From: Escherichia coli
GTDB taxonomy: Bacteria; Pseudomonadota; Gammaproteobacteria; Enterobacterales; Enterobacteriaceae
Assembly: GCF_041248615.1 (NCBI RefSeq)
Contig: NZ_CP158426.1
Length of the DNA: 64,000 nucleotides
Direction: 5' to 3' (one strand)
Within the stretch, counting starts at the first letter, position 1. Each line of letters opens with the position of its first letter. Positions 33,861 through 41,287 of the stretch are shown here, one piece after another. A model generated the notes under the pieces. That model was not told the origin of the DNA. It searched no databases and saw nothing but the letters and a program-made list of their open reading frames with translations. A program made the position numbers and the translations under genes.

Positions 33861-33891
33861 ATATAAGCACTCCAGTTGGTAATTGCAAACC

Positions 33892-34149
33892 TTATCTGGT
33901 TTGTTTTCGTAATTGTTCGGCACAATAGTCGAGATGTGTTTGCAGATCCCGCATAGACATCTGTGAGCTGGTGACGTAGTTAATCAGTGCAGTCAGTTCG
34001 GCAAGTGGGCCATCGACATTAAATCCATCCTTATCGAGATCCCGGAGTAATTTCATCAAGTGCGATCCCTCCACCAGTGACCTGACGCCTCCCGGCGTGT
34101 GAATCCTTTCGGTAAATCCGTCTTCCAGTGGATAGTGATACTGCTGCAT
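33892..34149 (-). CDS. Small stand-alone antirepressor-domain protein (85 aa), LexA-box controlled
   Basis: ATG 34149 with SD GGAGAAG; sequence aligns with C-terminal ~65 aa of the Bro-N antirepressor (IH-P-GV...LM-LL..L..DG..V.G..AELT...YV...RD-QTH..Y); LexA box 22 bp upstream. Confidence 0.5.
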   Translation of the reverse strand: MQQYHYPLEDGFTERIHTPGGVRSLVEGSHLMKLLRDLDKDGFNVDGPLAELTALINYVTSSQMSMRDLQTHLDYCAEQLRKQTR

Positions 34150-34168
34150 CTTATCTTCTCCATGCAAT

Positions 34169-34188
34169 AACTGTATATTTATACAGTA
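34169..34188. promoter_or_regulatory. LexA (SOS) box AACTGTATATTTATACAGTA
   Basis: CTGT-N8-ACAG with AT-rich spacer, near consensus TACTGTATATATATACAGTA; immediately upstream of small antirepressor gene. Confidence 0.7.
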
Positions 34189-34225
34189 GCAAATAATTTG
34201 TTTGCTATCCAGCACGTTTTGCAAA

Positions 34226-34240
34226 TCACCTGAAAGGTAA
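34226..34240. promoter_or_regulatory. Operator-like palindrome TCACCTGAAAGGTAA in divergent region upstream of tailspike; followed by ATATGTGGTT-N5-GGTAAT (34271-34291)
   Basis: TTACC-N5-GGTAA variant; shares ATATCTATTCGTA 13-mer with site at 5981. Confidence 0.45.
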
Positions 34241-34344
34241 TATCTATTCGTATTTACAGTCTTTCTATCCATATGTGGTTTTTCAGGTAATAGAATAACC
34301 AGATATGCGGCGCAACGGGTGCTGCGACTATCTGGAGATTTAAC

Positions 34345-36927
34345 ATGACGGTCTCAACCGAAGTTGACCACAACGAATACACCGGTAACGGAGTTACGAC
34401 ATCGTTTCCGTATACTTTCCGCATTTTCAAAAAATCCGACCTGGTTGTTCAGGTGTCTGACCTGAACGGGAACGTAACAGAATTGGTTCTGGATACCGGT
34501 TATACAGTAACTGGAGCTGGCACTTATAGTGGCGGTTCTGTGGTTCTTCCGTCTCCGCTTGCTACTGGATGGAGAATTACGATAGATCGTGTGCTTGATG
34601 TAGTACAGGAGACAGATCTTCGCAATCAGGGAAAGTTTTTTCCCGAAGTGCATGAAGATGCCTTTGACTACCTGACGATGCTGATCCAGCAATGTTTTGG
34701 GTGGTTCAGACGTGCATTGATGAAACCATCTTTGCTTGCAAAATATTACGATGCAAAGCAAAACAGAATTTCTAACCTTGCAGATCCATCACTTGAGCAG
34801 GACGCTGTAAATAATCGCTCAATGCGTAATTATGTCGATGCTGCAATCGCCGGAGTTGTTGGTGGTTTTGGTTGGTTTATTCAGTATGGTTCTGGGGCAG
34901 TATACAGAACGTTCCAGGATAAGATGCGTGACGTTTATAATGTTAAAGATTATGGGGCGAAAGGTGACAATATTAACGATGATACGCTAGCATTTATTGC
35001 AGCAGCAAATGCTCTCGGAGAGGGCGGAAAGTTATATATTCCAACAGGAACATACAATTTAACTGGTCCAGTTAATATACCACCAGTGAATATGTGCGGC
35101 GATGGGCAGGGTGAAACAGTTATTGTGTTTGACAATACCACATCACCAAAAGACGGCTTTGTTTTCGCTGCGCCAACTAAATATGATATTGAATTTGGTT
35201 TAAGTCACCTTACAGTTAAAAGAAAAGGCGGGAATGGAGCTAATGCTATATATACCCCAAGAGGTGTCGGGCTTAACCATCTAAGACCAAAACCAACATT
35301 TAGATTTTTATCTTTCTGTTCTGAAACTGCAAATATTGATTCTGATGAATTCGCTCAGAAATACGGCTGGGAATGGTCTTTTAACTGTGGTGATAGTTGG
35401 CAGTTCACAATCGAACGCATTGATGCTGTTGGATGTTATCAGATAGCCAAAAGTTATAATGAACAGTTCCTTGATGGATTCATTCGCACCGCTCCAGAAG
35501 AGGGGATTTTATCAATGCGTGTGAGTGATATCACAACGCATAATGTTGCAAATTTTTTTGAAATTAAGCAGAAGACATATTTTACATTGCTTAATATTGA
35601 TGCCGCCAAGGCATTACGAGGCATTTACGACGCTGATGATCGTATATTTGAAACGAATCGTTATGCTTATGGTGAATGTATATGCACAAATGTTGGTATT
35701 AATGCCCAACTTGAACCAGTACGGCTGGATAACAGATTCCTGCTCATCATGAATGGTATGTTTATTCACCGCGCAGCAAAAGGTTACGATCATGGTCTGG
35801 AATGGGTTGGTCTTAAGCTTAGTCGTGCTCGCGTGTGTTCATTCCAGGGAATTGAGATCGGCACTGCCAGAGGGTATTCAGGGACTAAGAAAGGGATTGT
35901 TCTTGACGCCGGTGATGCAAATAACTTTACCAATGTAACTTTTGGTTTGCTTGATGTGTGCGCACAGATTGGCGATTCCAATTCACAGTATGGTGCCAAC
36001 TTTGCAACATGCTTTAATAATGTGAGCATTAATGCTGACACCGTATTGTTATTCGATTTGCAGCTATGCAGAAATTTCCATTGTGATGGATACGGAGCAT
36101 CTTCTGCCTACACTCTTCAGCAATTCCATAGGAACAGTGATGACACAAGCAATACTTATACATTTAGTAATGTAGGTAAACACAATCTCTACACTGACAA
36201 CTCGCTGTACCTACATAATTCTGCTTCGCTGGAGAACGGGAAGAATATACGTATTGATACACGAAACGGATTATCTGTTAGCACTCAAGCAGATACTGGT
36301 TCCGCAGGAAATAACTTCCTTATAATTCGTAGGACTGGTGTTGATATAGACAGTTTTGAGTTAAGGACTCGCAGTACAGCAGGTGCATATACATATATTA
36401 ATACACCTGAAACTCATTTTTCTGGCCTTATAAAACCAACTGTTGATAATGTTAACTCAAACGGAACATCAGCATTTCGATGGTCACAGGTATACGCTGG
36501 TACTGGCAGTATCAACACGTCGAATGAAGAGCTGAAATTGCGTATTGAGGCTGACGAGAAAACAACAGAATCAGAGCGTCTTGCTGCGCTTGAAATAAAG
36601 GAAAATATCTGGAGGTTTAAATTTAAAGATGCAGTAAAGATCAAGAGTGATGGCGCTCGGATTCATTTCGGTGTTGGTGCACAAACTGTAGGTAATATTC
36701 TCAGAAAATACGGTCTTGACCCTAATAACTATGCGTTCTGGTGTTATGATGAATGGGATGATATTTATGCTCCAGAAGTATTGATTAGGAGTGTTAAAAA
36801 CAATGAAACAGGAGAGTGGTACGACGAGGAATATTACACAGGAAGGCAGATTATTATTAAACCTGCTGGCTATCAGTATGGTATCAGATACGAGGAACTT
36901 CTGATGTTTATTCTTATGTTTATTTAA
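34345..36927 (+). CDS. Tailspike / tail fibre protein with conserved N-terminal attachment domain and AT-rich exchangeable distal part
   Basis: 860 aa; N-terminal ~190 aa at phage-typical GC, remainder AT-rich; Gly/Asn-rich beta-helix-like repeats; C-terminal segment possibly a chaperone-like domain. Confidence 0.7.
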   Translation: MTVSTEVDHNEYTGNGVTTSFPYTFRIFKKSDLVVQVSDLNGNVTELVLDTGYTVTGAGTYSGGSVVLPSPLATGWRITIDRVLDVVQETDLRNQGKFFPEVHEDAFDYLTMLIQQCFGWFRRALMKPSLLAKYYDAKQNRISNLADPSLEQDAVNNRSMRNYVDAAIAGVVGGFGWFIQYGSGAVYRTFQDKMRDVYNVKDYGAKGDNINDDTLAFIAAANALGEGGKLYIPTGTYNLTGPVNIPPVNMCGDGQGETVIVFDNTTSPKDGFVFAAPTKYDIEFGLSHLTVKRKGGNGANAIYTPRGVGLNHLRPKPTFRFLSFCSETANIDSDEFAQKYGWEWSFNCGDSWQFTIERIDAVGCYQIAKSYNEQFLDGFIRTAPEEGILSMRVSDITTHNVANFFEIKQKTYFTLLNIDAAKALRGIYDADDRIFETNRYAYGECICTNVGINAQLEPVRLDNRFLLIMNGMFIHRAAKGYDHGLEWVGLKLSRARVCSFQGIEIGTARGYSGTKKGIVLDAGDANNFTNVTFGLLDVCAQIGDSNSQYGANFATCFNNVSINADTVLLFDLQLCRNFHCDGYGASSAYTLQQFHRNSDDTSNTYTFSNVGKHNLYTDNSLYLHNSASLENGKNIRIDTRNGLSVSTQADTGSAGNNFLIIRRTGVDIDSFELRTRSTAGAYTYINTPETHFSGLIKPTVDNVNSNGTSAFRWSQVYAGTGSINTSNEELKLRIEADEKTTESERLAALEIKENIWRFKFKDAVKIKSDGARIHFGVGAQTVGNILRKYGLDPNNYAFWCYDEWDDIYAPEVLIRSVKNNETGEWYDEEYYTGRQIIIKPAGYQYGIRYEELLMFILMFI

Positions 36928-37343
36928 AATATAGCGCAGGGATGCGCTATTCAACTATTTTATAAAATTAATAACTATTCATGCGATATAATGTGGCCTC
37001 TTTTATCTTTGCAGAATTAAAAACTATAGAAAATATTTTGTATTATTATAAATGCTTCTGGATCATATTAATCAGTTTGCCATCTATTAGAACTTTGATT
37101 ATTGATGCATCAATTATTTAACATAGTGGTTGTGCGCAACTCCACTAACGATTGAATATAGATTGTTATTTTTGTTTACACTGTCACACAAGAACATCCT
37201 TACCTGTCAATCAACATTATTATTTTTTGATTCCATGATGTTGATTTGTGATGTAAAAAAATACATATTAAACCATATATGGATTGTAATTCGTGGTTAC
37301 AATTCTTGTTGTTTTTTTATGGTGAGATAAAAAAGGTGTTTTA

Positions 37344-37745
37344 ATGTCATTTCAATTAACAGGAGAGTCAATAAATCAATGGCTTAGCCTTGGTTCTCTA
37401 GCAGCGGTGATAGCAGGAGTGCCTCCAGAAGTAGCTCTTGGGTCTTTGTCAGGAGCGGTAATTTTTGTTACCTCTGCTGTAGAGTATCCTGTTCGTCGTC
37501 GTGTACTCTTGTCGATACTCAGCTTTCTTTGTGGTCTTCTCTTTTACAAACCAACTGCATCAATTCTTATAGGCATAGCCAGTCTAATTCCTACCATTAC
37601 TCAGGACTCTTTCGAGAAAGGGATTGTTTTCTCTGCTGGCGCATTTGTGTCAGCAATAGTCGCAGTGCGAATTGGCATCTGGCTCTATCACCATTCCGAT
37701 AATCCACGCGAGTTAATTCCTGGGAGAAAAGACGATGGTAACTAA
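37344..37745 (+). CDS. Putative holin (multi-TM membrane protein)
   Basis: 133 aa, several hydrophobic helices, first gene of lysis cassette. Confidence 0.5.
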   Translation: MSFQLTGESINQWLSLGSLAAVIAGVPPEVALGSLSGAVIFVTSAVEYPVRRRVLLSILSFLCGLLFYKPTASILIGIASLIPTITQDSFEKGIVFSAGAFVSAIVAVRIGIWLYHHSDNPRELIPGRKDDGN

Positions 37746-38043
37746 TGAGCTTGTTTTGCTTATCACCAATGCAGTTATTTGTACTGGCATAGCAATTCGC
37801 GTTGTCACATTCCGGCGTAACGGCTCTCAACACCGAAGGTTGGGAGGCTGGCTTGCTTATTTCCTGATTGTTGCTGCAGCTAGTATTCCTGTTCGTGTCG
37901 TCTATGCAATCTGGTTACGTACGCCAATGGCTGTGGATTTATCTGAGGTCATTATCAACGCTGTCATGCTTGCAGCGGTTATTAAAACGCGCGGTAACGT
38001 CGTGCAGATTTTTAAAATAACGAGGTCTAAACATGGAGATTAA
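37735..38043 (+). CDS. Putative second holin / antiholin
   Basis: 102 aa, three hydrophobic segments, charged C-terminus. Confidence 0.45.
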   Translation: MVTNELVLLITNAVICTGIAIRVVTFRRNGSQHRRLGGWLAYFLIVAAASIPVRVVYAIWLRTPMAVDLSEVIINAVMLAAVIKTRGNVVQIFKITRSKHGD

Positions 38044-38662
38044 ACAATTCCAGCGAGCTGCTGGTATTAGCGAGGCGCTGGCCGCACGCTGGTTCTCGCA
38101 TATAACTTCTGCGATGAAAGAGTTTGGTATCAGCAAAACCGAAGATCAGGCAATGTTTATTGCTCAGGTCGGGCATGAGTCTGGTGGTTTCACCAGGTTG
38201 CAGGAGAATTTCAACTACAGTGTCAGCGGTCTAGCTAACTTCGTTCGGGCTGGGCGTCTCACTCAGGGGCAGGCTAATGCACTTGGTCGCCGTGCTGGTG
38301 AACCACCATTGCCACTTGAGCGCCAGCGCGCGATCGCAAATCTGGTATACAGCAAACGCATGGGTAACAATGCTCCCGGCGATGGCTGGAATTACCGTGG
38401 GCGCGGGCTTATCCAGATTACCGGTTTGAATAACTATCGTGACTGCGGAAACGGCCTAAAAGTGGACCTGCTGGAGAATCCTGAGCTGTTGACGCAGGGC
38501 GAATACGCGGCTCGTAGCGCGGCGTGGTTCTTCTCCAGCAAAGGCTGCATGAAGTATACCGGCGATATTGCACGTGTAACTTTGATTATCAATGGTGGCA
38601 GGAACGGCATCGACGACCGGAGAGCGCGGTACATCACTGCCAGTAAGGTGCTGGCGGTATGA
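38033..38662 (+). CDS. Endolysin, glycoside hydrolase family 19-like
   Basis: 209 aa; motifs GHESGGF and [15 protein letters not shown]. Confidence 0.75.
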   Translation: MEIKQFQRAAGISEALAARWFSHITSAMKEFGISKTEDQAMFIAQVGHESGGFTRLQENFNYSVSGLANFVRAGRLTQGQANALGRRAGEPPLPLERQRAIANLVYSKRMGNNAPGDGWNYRGRGLIQITGLNNYRDCGNGLKVDLLENPELLTQGEYAARSAAWFFSSKGCMKYTGDIARVTLIINGGRNGIDDRRARYITASKVLAV

Positions 38663-39141
38663 TCTGGGCATTCGTAAAAGCATACTGGAAACAGTTGCTT
38701 ATCGTGGCGGTGCTTGCTGTTCTGGTCATATCAGGAGTTGTTGCCTGGAATGTACACGGTAGCCGTCAGTACGACGCCGGGTATGCACAGGCGAAGGAAG
38801 ACCGCAAAGCTGAAGATGAGAGAGTTCGTCAGCACTACGAACAGGAGAAAGCGACCAATGAACGTGAAGCTCAGCAGAGGATCGACCAGGCGCGCAATGA
38901 TGCTCTTGATGCTGCCGCTCGCGCTGGCCGGTTGCAGCAACAACTCTTTGCCATCCGTGAGCAGCTCAGGCAGTATAACGCCATTGTCGGCGCTGGGACA
39001 TCAGCCGCAGACACCGGAGTTTTGCTTGCCGACGTGCTCAGCAAATCTCTCGAGAGAAACAGACAACTGGCAGAGTATGCTGACCGGGCAGCCGAAGCCG
39101 GAAGAGTCTGCGAAAAACAGTACGACACTCTGACCAGATAG
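38659..39141 (+). CDS. Rz-like i-spanin
   Basis: 160 aa, N-terminal TM helix then coiled-coil; contains embedded +1-frame lipoprotein gene. Confidence 0.65.
   Translation: MIWAFVKAYWKQLLIVAVLAVLVISGVVAWNVHGSRQYDAGYAQAKEDRKAEDERVRQHYEQEKATNEREAQQRIDQARNDALDAAARAGRLQQQLFAIREQLRQYNAIVGAGTSAADTGVLLADVLSKSLERNRQLAEYADRAAEAGRVCEKQYDTLTR
38858..39133 (+). CDS. Rz1-like o-spanin lipoprotein embedded in Rz
   Basis: Alternate frame inside Rz; ATG 38858 with AGGAG upstream; signal peptide with lipobox LALAGC. Confidence 0.5.
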   Translation: MNVKLSRGSTRRAMMLLMLPLALAGCSNNSLPSVSSSGSITPLSALGHQPQTPEFCLPTCSANLSRETDNWQSMLTGQPKPEESAKNSTTL

Positions 39142-39292
39142 CATGGCATTTTTCATGGTACTGATTTCCGGTGACGGTATATAAAACGGTACTAGAAAAA
39201 TGAAGTTTTGGAAAAATGTTATCACTCAATTTGTTATGATTGTCGTAAATAATTGAGTGGGAATGATTTTGATCCCTGCACTATGAATGAAC

Positions 39293-39322
39293 AAAACCCT
39301 CTGTTACTACAGAGGGTTTTTT
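39293..39322. terminator. Bidirectional intrinsic terminator between prophage end and yfgI
   Basis: Stem AACCCTCTG/CAGAGGGTT, A-run before and T-run after. Confidence 0.65.
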
Positions 39323-39360
39323 ATCTTCAAGAATTATAGGCTTGAAGTTACTTACATCGA

Positions 39361-39900
39361 TTAATTAAACCAGCTGTCCGATTTGTTCTCTTCTGCTTTG
39401 CCCACGCTTTTCATCATATCTCGACCGCCCTCAGTCATATTCCTGTTTGCGTCAGCTTCAGATTGCACCACATCGGTTTGCGCAGCTTTGTGCTTCAGTT
39501 CCTGATCGATAAATTCGTTTTCTCGCTTAACGCGGGCTTCTTCTTTCGCCAGCGCCAGTTTTTGTTTCTGAATCTCTAAACTGCGCAGCTCATCTTCATA
39601 ACTTTGATCGCGTTTTTTGTCCGCAGTGGCTTCGGCGTCCAGTTTATCCTGACGAGCTTTCTTATTCGCCGCTGCCGTTGCCGCTCTTTTATTAGCCGCG
39701 GCCTGGGCGTTTGCGCGACGTTGCTTCTCTTGCTGGATTTCCCTGTTGCGCTCCGCGACCCATTCGTCATGCTGCCTTTGCTCTTCATTTTTACCTTGCT
39801 GTTCCGCTTCTGCGACAGCAGAGAGTTGATCCTGCAATGATGAGGCGATAGCCGGATAGCTTAAGGAGGCTAAGATGGCGCAAAGAAAAACTTTCTTCAT
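39361..39900 (-). CDS. yfgI: YfgI (nalidixic acid resistance-associated periplasmic protein)
   Basis: 179 aa, signal peptide, charged coiled region; matches recollection of E. coli YfgI and local synteny. Confidence 0.85.
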   Translation of the reverse strand: MKKVFLCAILASLSYPAIASSLQDQLSAVAEAEQQGKNEEQRQHDEWVAERNREIQQEKQRRANAQAAANKRAATAAANKKARQDKLDAEATADKKRDQSYEDELRSLEIQKQKLALAKEEARVKRENEFIDQELKHKAAQTDVVQSEADANRNMTEGGRDMMKSVGKAEENKSDSWFN

Positions 39901-39915
39901 GACTCCTCCTGATTA

Positions 39916-40434
39916 TTAGCTCTTTTCAGGACATTTGGTATTTGGCTGAATACGCGTTTCGTTATACGTCGTGGTAATAACAACGGCTAAACCTGTCGTA
40001 AACTGGCACTCTTTACCCACCTGGGTGGAGGTATACACTTTGGTGCCTTCCTTATACGTTAGAGAAACACCTTCCACTAAGGTTTTATCATTCACCATAG
40101 AACCCGCTGCCGCGCCAACAGCTCCGCCGCCAACTGCACCTGCCGTCGTTCCGGAATTGCTGCCAGACCCCACGTTGTGGCCGATTACACCGCCAGCGAC
40201 TGCACCAATAAGCGCGCCGAAGGCTTGTGCGTTTCGTTTATTTTGGGAGTTGTCTACGGCAACTTTTGCGGGAAGAATGGAAATAATATTAACGGTTTTA
40301 GTTTCTTGTTTGGTATTCAGTTGATCGGTTTGATAAACATCGGCGGCATGATCATCAGCATTTGACTGGCATCCTGCCAGAGTGAATGACGCCAACATTG
40401 CCACAGGCAGAAGACATTTTTTAAATTTCATCAC
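39916..40434 (-). CDS. yfgH: YfgH outer-membrane lipoprotein (glycine-zipper)
   Basis: 172 aa, lipobox LAGC, Gly-rich zipper segment. Confidence 0.85.
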   Translation of the reverse strand: MMKFKKCLLPVAMLASFTLAGCQSNADDHAADVYQTDQLNTKQETKTVNIISILPAKVAVDNSQNKRNAQAFGALIGAVAGGVIGHNVGSGSNSGTTAGAVGGGAVGAAAGSMVNDKTLVEGVSLTYKEGTKVYTSTQVGKECQFTTGLAVVITTTYNETRIQPNTKCPEKS

Positions 40435-40744
40435 TATTCCTTGTTATACACATTACGAAAAATAAGACATTTAAGATCATCAAAAGAGGAAAGTAAATGT
40501 ATTGCGTATAAAGGAATAGATTAAATTTATTAAAATTCATGTGGAAAATAATTTATAAAAATACATCATTAAAACATATGTATTAATTTTATATTTATTT
40601 CGCAGCCAAACAGGATAAACATCAGTCAGGACAAAGACGTAAAATTTAAGATGAAAGAATATCTGCCGCTTTGATAATCCCAAAGAGCAAAAGCATCCGA
40701 CAGCGAGGTGCCGTTATGTTCTGTGAAAGTGGAGAAGGTAACCG

Positions 40745-40936
40745 CTAACGTTGTACCGGTGATTCGACGGAGAGTGTGGATTGCTGAGCTTCTTTTTTGC
40801 TCTGATGGTGCTGCCATGCACCGACGGACGAGTAGATAAAACGGCCAAAGAAGAAGATAAAGCTGATGAGCAGTACGATACGGGTCATGCGACTGTTAAA
40901 TCGGTGTCGTTTTCGCATACTGGTTGCCTGACTCAC
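40745..40936 (-). CDS. yfgG: YfgG small membrane protein
   Basis: 63 aa, single TM, conserved position. Confidence 0.7.
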   Translation of the reverse strand: MSQATSMRKRHRFNSRMTRIVLLISFIFFFGRFIYSSVGAWQHHQSKKEAQQSTLSVESPVQR

Positions 40937-41287
40937 AAAAGGTTCCTTGAAGTATGTCCCACGCTGTGGACGGTACTTACATTAAGGCACAACAGGACAA
41001 AATGGTCAATTCTTCGTTATGTAAAAAAGCGTCAGTGGATACATATTTTAATGTTATGGAAGTTAATTTAATTATTTACAATGATGATGTAATAATGATG
41101 AATTAACATGATAAACGTAATAATTCATTAATCAGGGTTATTTTGTTTGATATATATCAATTGGAACTTTCATATGACACTTAGAATCAATGCTCTCTAT
41201 AGTGATGAATAATCATCATTCGAAGTCAGGTGGGATGCCTGTCTGAATACACCTCCTTCAGGATGTGGGGGATTCTGCTGAGCATCT

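Larger units (their letters stand above)
1..39292. mobile_element. Temperate prophage, right-hand ~39 kb (lambda-like early region plus podovirus-like virion module); left end and attL outside window, right boundary approximate
   Basis: Contiguous phage gene set from 5'-truncated integrase to lysis cassette; host genes yfgI onward start at 39361; AT-rich islands and phage-specific repeated motifs confined to this interval. Confidence 0.85.

Noticed and set aside
33623-33925. 100-aa minus-strand ORF spanning the ant leader region
   Set aside because: Crosses an intrinsic terminator and operator site, no RBS; overlaps the better-supported small antirepressor gene in another frame
33892-34272. 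Long version (126 aa) of the small antirepressor ORF starting at 34272
   Set aside because: The extension would contain the LexA box, the SD and an operator palindrome; ATG 34149 with SD GGAGAAG is the sensible start
37101-37114. ATTGATGCATCAAT as an FNR or CRP site
   Set aside because: Half-site spacing (2 bp) does not match FNR (TTGAT-N4-ATCAA) or CRP; kept only as an unexplained palindrome
37130-37330. 66-aa ORF in the AT-rich gap before the lysis cassette
   Set aside because: Low-complexity AT-rich translation with no RBS; more likely promoter/regulatory DNA
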